DNA of 54,594 nt, filler included, from Sphacelaria rigidula (taxonomy: Eukaryota), in NCBI GenBank assembly GCA_964200075.2. It is 4 parts of 4 records of this genome, joined end to end, with 100 filler letters (N's around TTAATTAATTAA, not from the genome) between each part and the next. Parts side by side here need not be neighbours in the genome. Positions count along the whole stretch, not along the records: positions 27,350 to 40,922 come from CAXNAA020002794.1; positions 41,023 to 54,594 come from CAXNAA020002795.1; 2 more parts are not named here. One strand, written 5' to 3'. Under the pieces are notes generated by a model. The model did no database searches. It saw only the letters and a program-made list of their open reading frames with translations, and had not been told where the DNA came from. Shown here one piece after another: positions 37,797-49,734 of the stretch. Numbering within the stretch: position 1 is the stretch's first letter; the number at the start of each line of letters is the position of its first letter. A program made the position numbers and the translations under genes.

Positions 37797-38517
37797 ACGA
37801 CGCTCCTTCGCCGCAATTGTTGCCCCCCTTCTGTAGCATAGTTTTCCCTCCCTTCTTAACTAAGACCCCATTCTACGACATCCACAACAGGACCAGCTAC
37901 AACGGACGAGGATCGAAGAATTACTGAAGACACCCACCATCTATGACTGCTGGAGCTATAGTATCCCCTTTCGGTTGGCGCTCGATCTCGTTGGATCGCC
38001 GATTTTCAGATTTTGCTTCTGACCGACATGCGTGGTCGCATACTGATGATCTTGCCGTTTTTTCTCTTTGGATTCCCCCAGGTCGAAGCTCTGCTCCCTG
38101 TTTGTACCTCCCTACCGGTTTTTCCTCTTTGGATTACACCAGGTCGAAGCTCTGCTTCCTGTTGTACCTCCCTGTCCCCCCCCTTCGTTTTGCTAGGACA
38201 ACAAGGCAATTTGTGCTTCTTCGTTGATCGCTAGCACGCAGAAGCAGTTTGTGCTTCCGCGTTCCGAAGCAGTTTTTGTGCTCCTCGAAGCAGTATATGC
38301 TTCCCTTATTTTGAGGTATGGGAGTGAGTACGGGAGTGTTGGGTACGGGAGTGTTTCCTTACAATGCTCTGAGGATAAATCTGTTGGATACGGGGGCGTT
38401 TCCTTAGGTATGCTTTATTAGCCGCTCATGACTTTACGAGTAAAGAAAAAGCTCAGTTTTCGCTGCTTTAAAGATAAATTCTCGCAGCTGAAATAACGGT
38501 TCGTCTGGGTGGGTTAG

Positions 38518-38993
38518 TGTCATGAAGACGCACATTAACCGGTCGCCATGCCGCTTCAGACCCGTTGATGGGTCTGGCTATTTGCATTTAGAGTATTCTA
38601 AGACCCAAGACCGCAGGTCTGTCCAAACTTGGTCAGGTACGAGTGTGAATTTGTATATGGTAGACACAATGATGGCTCGAGCGTGCCTTTGTGCAAGCGA
38701 GGGCCACCCTCTTTCACTACCGTCTACTGCCCCTCTCTCAGCTAGAAGTCTAACATTGGTGAGACTGATATACTGAACGTGAGATTTGATTGATTCAGTG
38801 GATACTGGAAGGTCAAGACCAGACAATGAAGAAGAAGACATAACTTGCGCGTGAGATATTGGTATACTTGAACACGTCTTGTGTGGGACTGGTGCACAGT
38901 GTGAGAGTACCCTGAACAGTACATTGTGGCTTGGCTGTACTGTCTGTCGACTGTTCACTTGCCTTGCCTAGTGAGCCTGTGCTTGCCATAACA
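38518..38993 (+). mobile_element. 3' LTR (476 bp) of the Gypsy element
   Basis: Begins TGTCATG directly after the purine-rich GGGTGGGTTAG (38507-38517) and ends CATAACA, an imperfect terminal inverted repeat. Confidence 0.75.
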
Positions 38994-39977
38994 GCACCGT
39001 TACCCCATTACACGCCTACAATAGCTATCGATAGACATTGATGACAGTCGATTATGACTGGCAATGAACATTAACCGTCAAATGTTCGGGGCTATTGCAG
39101 CGCCAATGTTCTATTACATAGTCTATTGTCCAGAGGGTATAAGCACATCTCACCCACACACAAAAGTACTGTAAGCGCTCATCTCCATCAGAGGGACAAC
39201 CATAAGTACCAACACCAAACCAACGACAAAGCACTTACTGCGGATTCCTACAAAATACGAGCGCTACAAAATTGTAGAAACGTGATGTCGTATTGACAAG
39301 CAGTATCATTATATACCCACTGCATGCCCACCTGCGTCTTCCCCTCCGTATCTTAACAGAATATATAACAAGCTCTACACGTAGTATGTTGCGATGTAGT
39401 TGTGACAATAGATGACAGAGAATATCTGTCGGTAGGCATTGCATACCACAGTAGATTCTGGTATGTATCTATCCTTATTCATTGCCACCATGCATAGATG
39501 TATACGCAATCTATCAACAGCTATTGCCGCCATCAATAGATTCGGCATACAACCTGTCTATAGCCATCGTCATCATCAATAGATTTAGCACGCGGTCTTC
39601 GATAGCCATTGCCGTCATCAATAGACTTGTGAAGCTTTTGGTCGATGCACTTGGTCGGCCGCACTAGATTTAGGTGTGGGGCCACAACAGACTGCTGCCC
39701 AGACAAAAGTGTGGGAAACTGATCTATCGATAGACATTGCCAACGACAATAGTAAGAGAAAAGTGCCGATCAATGGTCATTAAGGATGACGATATTGACA
39801 TCTACTGCAGCAGATTCTATTGTTATCGCAATAGATGCCGTCTATTGTCCAGGGTGTGATCCACTGAGATAGGAGGTCTGTCTGTTGACAGTGCCACACC
39901 ACACGAGCCTTTCAACATAGCGTTGAGTGAACGTTCATGATGACGTGAAACTTCATGTAACGTGAGGTCTGGAATGG

Positions 39978-40283
39978 CTACCTTGGTTCGGATGTCTGTT
40001 TATCCCATGTCCTATCGTGATGACCGCAAAATACCGTTGCCTCGTTTTGGTGTTCGCGTTTGGAAGGACCCGGGAGGATACGGACACTATTCCTTTGGTA
40101 ATCATGCCCAGCAATGGTATAGATAAACGAGTCTAGCACACGGTAGCTTCTCCGGTACTGGAAGAACCATACAAAAAGGTCACTTTTATAGTTGGCAGGG
40201 TTCAGACTACTTCTATGCACCTTCACCAGCCTTGCTTCTTCAGGAGGTGGAATATCTGTCAGTTCTGGCACCACACACAGATG

Positions 40284-40330
<47 letters not shown>

Positions 40331-40790
40331 ACACAAACATGCCCCCCACGGGTTTTGGCCTCGTATCGACGTGATAGAATGATAGCCGTGGGAGCGGTGG
40401 CCTGCCAGGGGTTTGGTTCGAATGTATCGGGAAGTAAGGCAGAGTTGGCGCACCTTCGGTCAGTGCCCAGCACGCAGAGACCGCCCGGTACATCAGCACG
40501 GCCGGTCAACGGTATTTGCAGACGGGCAAGGTTGTCTACCTTGAGGATACTGTCAGCGCGGGTGTGAAACGTGCCGTCGAAACGAACCGCCACATCAGGG
40601 CTGCGTGGGCACGCCTCCTGCAGAATAGTCCCCAACTCTACGATCGATCCAAGTGCCGGATTTGTTTTTACAAACTGGCTGCTTAGAACAAAGGTGCTAG
40701 AAGCTCTTTTCACGGATGTGCCACATAGATTAATCGTTCCGAGGACTTCAACATTCTGCGTATTTCCCACCACAAGCTTCTGCTGCGAGT
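39978..40790 (-). CDS. Possible two-exon coding fragment of unknown product
   Basis: Two stop-free frames joined in phase by a putative intron at 40265-40349 (C|gtgggg ... ccag|AA) that contains a (GT)n tract. No recognisable motif. Confidence 0.25.
40285..40335. repeat. (CA)n microsatellite
   Basis: Directly visible. Confidence 0.95.
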
Positions 40791-40922
40791 GGTGAAGTCC
40801 GCAGGAACGACCGAATGGGCTACAAGAGACACTTTCTACGATAGCCCCCCCCCCCAAAACTGCACCATATCCGGGGGCAAAGCCTTGACGCAAATGGAAA
40901 GGGGAGAAGCACAGCAGCACGA

Positions 40923-41022
40923 NNNNNNNNNNNNNNNNNNNNNNNNNNNNNNNNNNNNNNNNNNNNTTAATTAATTAANNNNNNNNNNNNNNNNNNNNNN
41001 NNNNNNNNNNNNNNNNNNNNNN
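40923..41022. other. Artificial contig spacer
   Basis: N run with central TTAATTAATTAA. Confidence 0.97.
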
Positions 41023-41075
41023 CGGGGTTTCACATACAGGCTGGTTCACGGAAAAAAAAAAACACTCATCGGTAC

Positions 41076-41336
41076 AACTTCACGCCGTTTTAAGTAGTTA
41101 GACCCTGAAATTTTGCACAGGTGTTCTTTGGGTCATTACGCAACTTTGTATGGACGAGGTTCTTTTTGCCTTTTTGATTTTTTTCACCGTTTTTCCGGGA
41201 AAACTTCGATCGAGTCGGACCCCCGTAAAACGGTAAACACGAAAAAAAACAAGTCACTCATACAAAGTTGCGTAATGACCCATAGCACACCTGTGCAAAA
41301 TTTCAGGTTCCAACTCCCTGAAACGGTGTGAAGTTT
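41076..41336. mobile_element. Foldback/MITE-like element with ~75 bp inverted repeats
   Basis: AACTTCACGCCGTTT...CCTGAAATTTTGCACAGGTGT...TGGGTCATTACGCAACTTTGTATG and its reverse complement at 41259-41336. A third arm copy lies at ~42326-42406. Confidence 0.8.
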
Positions 41337-42242
41337 TTCGCATTTGTGCGATGAACCTTGCCGTGCCGCGGTGAATCGGCAAACTACTAGATTTTGATAT
41401 AAAAATGGCTTTTTTGGTAGGGTTGGGGACTGGACCAGTATCTACTGACAGTATTCCTGTACTGCGTCAGAGGCTGCCAGCACAGCCAGTGCATACCCGT
41501 CTTACGTACGTCCTATATTATGCCTCCGATACCACATGGAAACCCACCGAAACTGCGCCGCATGAGAGGCGGGAGAGGAGAGAGGTTGAAAACAGGGCAC
41601 ACACACACTAGAGGGAGACCACAAAATCGATGGACCAATATGTCACTAGCAGCAGCAGCAGCCCGCCCGCCCGGTTCAGACCCGAGCCCGGGGCCTCTGA
41701 ACCCTGAACCTGCCGCGGCCTCCAGCGAATCACGATTGTTGAAGTTTTTTTCTGGGTATGCCAACAACTATTTGAAGAAACGTTTTCACACCCCGGCAGG
41801 CATCATCGAAGTGGCCCGAAATCACCCAAAACATATATTCCAGTGAAGCCAAATCGCGTAAAAATATGCCTCCGACGGGGCCCCCTCACCAGCCGGGGGG
41901 GAGGCGGGGCTTCGCCGCGACACCAATGTACAGATAAGATCCAGTAAACTGGCTGCTGTCCGCAGCCAGTTTACCTGGTACTGGCGCGTAGCGCCAGTCC
42001 CCAACCCTTGTTTTTGAGCCTTTTTCGATGGGAACATGAAAATTCAAGCACCAGTTAATCGAGTTTGGCCACGAAACTTTGTGGGGTTCTTCCTTGGGTT
42101 TTGCGGCGGCAGAGCGTTCGGAAACAAAATGATAAAAATACTGTAGTGCCGGTTTTCCGGGGTCCCAGAATGGAGAACTTCGAAGAAACGACTTGGATCC
42201 CGTCGGACCCCCGAAAAACGGTAAAATATTTCAAGAATTAGA

Positions 42243-42325
42243 GAAACCTCGTTGATCGAAACCTCGTTGATCGAAACCTCGTTGATCGAAACCTCGTTGA
42301 TCGAAACCTCGTTGATCGAAACCTG
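42243..42325. repeat. Perfect 15-mer tandem repeat (GAAACCTCGTTGATC) x5 plus a partial unit
   Basis: Directly visible. Confidence 0.95.
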
Positions 42326-43649
42326 CGTAATGATCCATAGCACATTTGTGCAAAGTTTCAGGGTCTAACTCTTAATAAATACGTTGAAGATTTGCGCGTT
42401 TGTGCGAGGATGTGAGCTTCAAACGTGCAAACTCCTAACTACCTGGTTTGAGTATAAAAACATCTTTTAGGGTGAATTTTACGTCAAGGCAGGAAACATT
42501 GTATGATATTTTCGAGTTTCTCCACCAAACTTCGTACATGTGTTCCTTGGACCATCCTGGGATGCATCATGTTATTATTTTTTCTCTTGAGTCATTCTGT
42601 ACCGCCTTTCGGGGGTCTTTGTACTGGGACCCCCGGAAGCCGGTAGAGAACGGAGAAACTCTGAACCCCTGCCAAGAACACAAATTTCCCATTTGGAGCA
42701 TCAATACCTACGGAACTGTCAAGTTTGAGGACGATCTGAGCCTTTCTACAATAGATTTAGGGAAACCGTCACGAGGCTCCCTAGGTCTTTCCTGCGTATC
42801 ATGAGTGGAAATTAGACGACGCCAAACTCCACATCACCGGAACATTACGGTTTCGGGTATAATTCGACCCCGTTGGAACCGTTTTCAAATCCCATCCTCC
42901 CGTTAGATTCTTGAGGTAATGACGGTCACTACGATTTGGAGCATGTGGAGATTCGGTGGAAATTGGGCTTGGAATTCGTATTCAATTTCAGAACAGTTTG
43001 AGAGGCGCTGATTGGTCGAGACACATTTTTGTCCATAACGCCACCGCTATAACCTTAGACAAAAATCCGGCTATGTCACCCTCTTCGCTTGTTCATTGCG
43101 GTCAGTATGATACCATGTATGCGACTATTGGGTGCGTATTGCAGAAGGCATTTGCTGATGACAGAATTTGGAGGGTTTTCCGTGAACCAGCCTGTAGATT
43201 TTAGTGTGGACGCTATCTCCGTACGGCATAGGGATTGCTAGATATGGGGTTAAATCAACGAGAATATATTGGTCCCGATTTTGAGCAGATGTGCACCTTC
43301 CCCTTGATTGGACGATTAATACGATATGCGGATCACAGCCCAACTCGTCTGTGTCAATGAGATATTGTTTTGAGAGCTTAAATCCGTTGTTAGACTGGCC
43401 CAGCTCGTAGGCCTACTGCGTGTTGAGATTTCCTCCGCGTACAGCGCACAGGTACCGTGGCAAGCGCCGCCAATGTTTCTCGAGAACCATGCATCCAATC
43501 AAGCCACAGTTGCGGTGAAGATCCCTCCCGTTGGATGCTTATGATTGTTCATGTTTCATCACGTGTGGAGGTGAAGAGATCCCGGTTCTTCCTGTTGGCA
43601 CCGTTTGCCGCTCGGACCTCTCTCACCGTGTCCACATTTCCAAACACAG

Positions 43650-43770
43650 CGCGAATCGTATATTGGAGTTTCCGGATGTTTTGAGGACGTTTTGCAAGAC
43701 TGCACGGATAGAGACCTTTGCACTTCTGGGACAGTCCTTGGGAGCCACGTACGCCTTGCGCTGCGCACAG
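43650..43770 (+). CDS. Alpha/beta-hydrolase + PH domain protein, first visible exon (nucleophile elbow)
   Basis: Acceptor acacag|C and donor CAG|gtgatg. Reads ETFALLGQSLGATYALRCAQ (GxSxG). Confidence 0.85.
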
Positions 43771-43787
43771 GTGATGATATATTACTG

Positions 43788-44263
43788 CAAAGTTGTGTTC
43801 TGTAGGGTATGAGATTCCTTACAGGACTCACATAAGTATCGGGTACCGGTTTGAAAGGCTTGCATAAATCACAGATCTTGTCCGGTACGGTATGGGAGGC
43901 TTACAGAAAAACGGTCCCGGCAATCGGGTATATCTTCAAGAGCATACCCGCGCTGCGGGTACGGGTAAACATTATGTACCGAACTCATAGAAACTGTCGG
44001 GTAGGGTATGGAGGTTGCACAGAAAACCGTACCCGCACCCGGGTATCTTACCAAGAGCATACCCGTGCCCCCCGTTGAGAGTATGGGAGGCTTGCAGAAC
44101 TCACAGAACTATCGGGTAAGGGTATGAAAGTCTTACAGAGATTACAGAACTGTCGGGTACCGGTATGAAAGTCTTACAGAAGTCACAGAACTGTAAGGTA
44201 CGGTAATAACCTGAGAAAATACCCCGGGTATACAGAAAAGTGTACCCTACAAAACACGACCTT
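43788..44263. mobile_element. Intronic MITE with ~22 bp terminal inverted repeats and internal subrepeats
   Basis: CAAAGTTGTGTTCTGTAGGGTA ... TACCCTACAAAACACGACCTTG, with recurring internal GGGTACCGGTATGAAAGTCTTACAGA units. Confidence 0.85.
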
Positions 44264-44339
44264 GGGCCCTACGTCGCTACAGTGGCGAGCTGCAAATGGC
44301 AGTTCACAAAAACCCTGAAAGACTCCACGGGGTTGATAA

Positions 44340-44578
44340 AAGAAGGACTACACGAACACTCGCAGTAGTACGTGTGCACGGGATCATCAACATCTATCGG
44401 CTTTATGTACACTCCCAGAGAGTACACGAAGAAGCTTCGTGGCTGTCCGCTCTCTAGAAACCCTTCGGTACGACAAAATCTTGGTGACTTCCGGTGGCAG
44501 CTCATACTCTTTGCTGTGCACGTCGATAACGGCGTGAGGTTTGATGACGACCACGACCAGTACAACCTCCATCAATGA
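44340..44578 (+). mobile_element. Possible decayed Ty1/Copia reverse-transcriptase fragment
   Basis: YVC...SIGFMYTPREYTKKL...LILFAVHVDNG resembles Copia VCxLxKSIYGLKQAPRxW...YVDD. A TGAGGAG...CTCCTCA-bounded segment lies at 44793-44887. Confidence 0.4.
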
Positions 44579-44949
44579 CGTCGACGACGTGCGTCTTGCT
44601 ACTTTATCCCCTGGTGGCGCAGATGAACCGCCCCCGCTCGAGCCACCACTCGAGTATGGGGGGTGATCCATCCTGACGGTCTGTAGTGCTGCTCACATTT
44701 CGTGTTTCCACTCAGCAGTACCTCATACCCCGTCAGATTCCATACTGAAGAACTTTCCACCAATGAATTTGTGTTGGTGTGTAGTGTTGAGTTGAGGAGT
44801 ATGGGAGTAGTGAGGGTTGATCATGAGGAGGTACGTGTTCAGGTCCTCAGGTGGTGTTTGGATTGAACTTGTATCCATACCTCCTCAAGGTATATAGCTG
44901 TGCTCGTACCTGCAAGCGGGTATATCTACAACGGTATACCCTAACCCCG

Positions 44950-45452
44950 GGTAGGGGTACGGGAGGCTTGCAGAGCTCACAGAACTGTCGGGTACCGGTT
45001 TGAAAGTCTTACAGAAAGTACAGAACTTGTCGGGTACGTTATGGGAGGCTTACAGAAGAACCGTACCGGCAATCGGGTATTTCTTCAATAGCATGCCCGC
45101 TCTCCGGGTACGAGTGAACATTCTGTACAGAACTCACAGAAATTGTCGAGTAGGGATATGGGAGGCTCACAATACTCACAGAAACTGTCGGATACGGTAT
45201 AGAGGTTGCACAGAAAATCGTACCCGCAACCGGGTATCTTATCAAGAGCATACCCGTGCCCCCTGGTAACGGTACGGGGGGCTTACGTGGCTCACAGAAC
45301 TATCGGGTACGGGTATGAAAGTCTTACAGAGATTACAGAACTGTCGGGCACCGGTATGAAAGTCTTACAGTCTACAGAACTGTGAGGTACGGTAAATACC
45401 CGGGAAAATACCCCAGGTATACAGAAACCGTATCCTACAGAACACAACCTTG
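44950..45452. mobile_element. Second copy of the 43788-44263 MITE (left TIR missing)
   Basis: Colinear similarity to copy 1; ends TATCCTACAGAACACAACCTTG. Confidence 0.85.
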
Positions 45453-45812
45453 CATACATTAGCTTTCCATCAGCGATTGCAGCAAGAAAGTACATATACA
45501 TACGACTGCATAATTGACGATTTCTTGTTTTTCATGGAGCAGAGCGTAGGCAGGCAGCACTTGTGCGTACTCTATATGTACAAAACAGAGAGCCTTGTCC
45601 CACGGATTTTCTATCGTAGTGTCGCCTACTACGAACGCCTCCATGTCAGTCGTGTTTTTTTGTGTGTTGTTTCTGGAGCAGCTAAGGCAGGGCAGGGCTC
45701 GAACTGCCTACGTAACGCCGTTCGTTACCTCCCGTTGCTCCGAGTAAAGTCTCGGTCTTTCCTTACATTCCGTGTGTCCATCAATTCCCTTTGTTTTTCG
45801 TTGGCACTCCAG

Positions 45813-45919
45813 GAGATGCCGGACATGGTGGCCACGACGGTGTACCTGATCAGCCCCTGGGTGCCGCTGTCTGTTCCTGGCTCCAACCGAGCACTGGCAT
45901 TCGTGGAACGGTTGCCCAG
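45813..45919 (+). CDS. Alpha/beta-hydrolase + PH protein exon
   Basis: Acceptor ctccag|GAG and donor AG|gtagct. Reads EMPDMVATTVYLISPWVPL. Confidence 0.85.
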
Positions 45920-47175
45920 GTAGCTGTGCGGCTATTTATAGTGAGACTTGTTCGTTGGATCATGACCACGTGAGCGTCTCAAGCGTGAAGGGAGGCAAAA
46001 ATCGCAAAAAAAAAAAAAACAGGAGTCTCCGTGTTTGCTGTGAAATAAAAGATGGTAAGACCTCGACACTCGCGATTACATATACCCATTCCATATGAGA
46101 AAGTATCCACACTGCTGCTGGTTTTTTCTTCGGCCCTACGCTGGCTCTGTTGGTTAGTTAGTAAAGCCCGTGCAGTGGTAGCCGCTTGGCCACGGCAGGC
46201 CGATGGTGGGACTGGCACCATTAAGGTGATGAGAAAGCGGTTTCGATTCCTGCCGGATTCGTTTGGATTTCTTTCTTCGGCGTAGTCATATATGAAATTC
46301 CGTCGTTGAAAGGTGGGAGGACGTGAGAAGCAAGAAGGGTTTGTTTGGCGAGAGTAAACGCGGTGCGGGAGTGTTAGTCATGATCCAATCCGCAAGACCA
46401 AAATTCAAGGCGTGTACCGAGGAGAGATGTGTTGATCACTTGAGACCACGGACTCGTCCCCAGGAAGGGCGGGGGTTCAAAACGTGACTATCATACAACG
46501 TGATTTGTAATGAACTAGTGTGTACTGCCAGCGGCATGTAGTGTCTTGTCAAAATGCACCCATGCCGCGAGTCGTGGATTGTGCACCGTCTACCGTGCCG
46601 TGCGTGTCCGAACGGCAGGGTGTTCGAGAGGGGGAGGGGGAGGGGGGGCTTTTTTATGCCACGCTCACGAATCAACACCATTGCCTTGAAGGTGCCGTGA
46701 AAAACATTCTGCCTTGGACCGCTTGCTTGTTGTGAGACCACAGTACGATTCTTCCTGTCGACACAAAAGAAGGGCAATAATTCGATCATGATTGTGATTT
46801 TACTGTGATTATGATAACAATCATAATGATGAATGATGAGGCCGTGTCTTATCGAGACCATCACCACCACCAACAACAACAACAACAGAAGACGCGGAGA
46901 AAGGATCAAGCGTCTAATAGACGCATGTTGATTGAGCACCGGGCGGGTCAACGGTTGCGGCGACTTATCAACATGCTGCCATTGAACGCTTGGTCCTCTT
47001 CCCACTTATTTTTTGTCTTCGTGAGACACGGCCGAATGGTAATGATGATGATGATAATAATGGCGTGACCACTGATATCGCGGGCAGATGAATGTGGTGC
47101 CCTTTTCCTATGACGATGTAATGCACTTGTACTGATGGAAAAATAAAAAATAAAAAATAAACGTTTTCTCGGAAG

Positions 47176-47314
47176 GTGGCTGGTAAGGGGAGCCATGCGC
47201 GTTGGAACGGCCATGCCTCGACTCTTGGCGGCTGCGGGTGGACTACGGCTCCTGCGCCACAAGGGTGGTAGCGAAGCGGAGGCGGCACTGTTTGCTTCTG
47301 ATTTCACCGCCGAG
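47176..47314 (+). CDS. Alpha/beta-hydrolase + PH protein exon (cap region; GC donor)
   Basis: The phase-2 acceptor ggaag|G matches the previous donor. It ends GAG|gcaagc in phase 0, as the next exon requires. Confidence 0.7.
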
Positions 47315-48583
47315 GCAAGCGAGCGTAAGACTAGCTTTTTGTGCATGCAACGCAAGCGTGCACGCACGCACTACCGGAGGAGCTGCCGCGCCCAGGGCTC
47401 CGACGTATCTACTCCGTTAACTGATTGGGGACTGCAATGCTCGTGACAGTTACAGGATGTTTTGAACAATAGACTTCAGTTCTCGTGATAATCAGGCCTT
47501 GTCTGTGAAAAAGAATCGACTCAGGAACATGCGGTGGAATTGAATTGGTCGTAATTAGCTCTTATCTCATACTTCCACGGCATTTATGTTCTCAGATGAC
47601 TTCAAGTCAATTTTATTAATTATTCACGCGCGACGGGCAGGGTGAAGAACAGGAAAGCGTAGCTTTTTCAGTCGAAAGCAAGCGGCGGAAACGAACAAAA
47701 GGGCACATGACTCCTATGTTGCAGACAACCATGCTAGATATCACCCTTTCATAGATCTGTGCAAAACCCACATGGTTCATTCGCAGCTACCAACTCAATC
47801 CTGCAGCACGCATCACGGAGTGAGCATGGGGATACATACACTGCAGTAGTGATGGGGAACCGATACCACCACCCTCTTGGCAGGATCTGTTTTTTTTTGG
47901 CGAAAATCTTACATTGTAGAGGGGTTCACCGACGGAGTTGCGTGTTGGGGTGAGCGATCGAAGTGCTAACACGCTCATGGACAGTAGAAGCAGAGCAAAT
48001 CTGTACACGATTCAAATATTTTTCCCATCCTCCTGTATGCAGAGAGTACAGGCAGCTCTGCTATCTGCTGTCTGAATGTCACGTTGCCCGCTTCTTTTCC
48101 GAAACACGCACTATGCAGACGGTCAGTAACGTCTGTACTGTCTGTATTGTTTGTATTAAAAACAAGTAAACAACTACCGCTTCGCAAATTTTGCTCAGCC
48201 TTTTCGACCCAAAAGCGTGTAAATTCCGTCGGACGCACACACAGCGAAACAAACTGAATCAATTCCGCCGCACAAGCTCATTGAACTCGATTTTGTTTTG
48301 CAAGACACGGCTTTACGGCTTGTTTTAAGTAATAGACTCCAATTCTCGTGATAGTTACAGCATATTTGGATTAAATAGACTTCGATTCTCATGACAGTCA
48401 CGGGATTTTGTGCCGTGCTGCTCTGCAGTGCAGCGCAGTCCCGTAGGTGTGGTTGGTTTCATGCTACGGCAGCAGCGTTGGCACATCCATGTCTTGACTC
48501 ACTCGTGTGCGTGTGCGTGTGTGTGTATGTGTGTATGCCACCCCCAACGATCGATTACGTGCCATGTGTTTTGTTTTTTATAG

Positions 48584-48733
48584 GTACTTGAAGCCGTGGT
48601 GACTAAGCATGAGGCGACACACGGGGTGGCATTGGACGCCATGGCGGCACTGGAGATGGAACAGCCCCTGGGTTTCGATTACCGAGACGTGTCCATGCCT
48701 GTGCACGTTTTTCACGGGAGGGCAGACAACTTG
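48584..48733 (+). CDS. Alpha/beta-hydrolase + PH protein exon (catalytic Asp)
   Basis: Acceptor tttatag|GTA and donor TTG|gtgagc. Reads PLGFDYRDVSMPVHVFHGRADNL. Confidence 0.88.
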
Positions 48734-48990
48734 GTGAGCGAGGCTTCTGCTGCGCTGTTGTTGCTGCTGCTGCTGCTACTCTTTTGCTGTGATTGTTGTT
48801 CCATCTACTCGTAAAAGATAAGCAGGGGTTCACTTTCCAACTGTTGTGTTATGTTTTTTTTTTCGTAGCCTTGCTCATCTCGTGCAGTGCTTCGTTGAAA
48901 CCTCGCAGTGCGTAGCGCTGTTGAGTGTGCTGTGCCGTGTGACGTCATCAGTTGTTGTCATCTTGCGTGTCTGTGTGCTGCTGCATTCAG

Positions 48991-49061
48991 GTGCCGTTTG
49001 CGGCGGCCCAATGGATGGCTGAGGAGATGCCCGCCTGCACCGTTTCCGTCAAGATGGGCGG
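48991..49061 (+). CDS. Alpha/beta-hydrolase + PH protein exon
   Basis: Acceptor attcag|GTG and donor GG|gtgagc. Reads VPFAAAQWMAEEMPACTVSVKMG. Confidence 0.88.
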
Positions 49062-49217
49062 GTGAGCATCACGCAATAGTGGGAGCAATGAAGAAAAAGA
49101 GTCGGTATCAATCATCATCAATCATCACCTGGGGATACTTTGGTCCTCCAAGAGAACACTCGTAGTAAGAGAGTGTCGATCGTCGAATCCTGCCGCAGCT
49201 ATAATGGTGGCAGTGAG

Positions 49218-49410
49218 GCCATGTCTTGGTAGATCATTTTTCGATCGAGCGTGTGCGTCCAAAAACAAGGGTTCCGATCAGATAGGTCGTAATTTCAACC
49301 ACCGTCAAACCTAAGTTACGATGGTGGAAATTGCGACCCACCTAACCGGAGTTTTTTTTTTTTTTTCCATCGCCTATTTCCGATCGAAAAATATTGTGCG
49401 AAGACACGCC
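49218..49410. repeat. Intronic imperfect foldback (~190 nt)
   Basis: Nested inverted pairs ATTTTTCGATCG/CGATCGAAAAAT and GGTCGTAATTTCAACCACCGT/ACGATGGTGGAAATTGCGACC. Confidence 0.75.
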
Positions 49411-49734
49411 CTAACGTATTACAGTGCGATCTATAAAAGCGGCGCTCGCGACACACGAAGTTATCTCGAAACGGGTGTCGACGTCGCTATTCAAAAGAAG
49501 GTTGTCCCGCCAGTTAAGATGTCCAGACTGTGCAACCTCAGAAAAGTTTTGGACTTGAAAAGTGCACCTGTACCATAGAATCACTCTATCATAGATGGGA
49601 TGGCGTTTTGCACGATGAGCACTCGTTCCTGTCGCATGACTCACGTTTTATACTTTCGCGTTGGTTTTTTCTTACCGAAGAAAATTGTAGGTGTGGTGCG
49701 TTCAAGGCAGTAGTATACTGACCAGCACACACGC

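Larger units (their letters stand above)
27350..38993 (+). mobile_element. Decayed Ty3/Gypsy (chromovirus-like) LTR retrotransposon; 5' LTR not present after the gap
   Basis: Domain order Gag-PR-RT-RNase H-IN-chromodomain, then a polypurine tract and a TG...CA LTR. Many stops and frameshifts. Confidence 0.95.

Noticed and set aside
42044-42343. ORF with (VSINE)n repeat
   Set aside because: It is a translation by-product of the 15-mer tandem repeat within repeat DNA.
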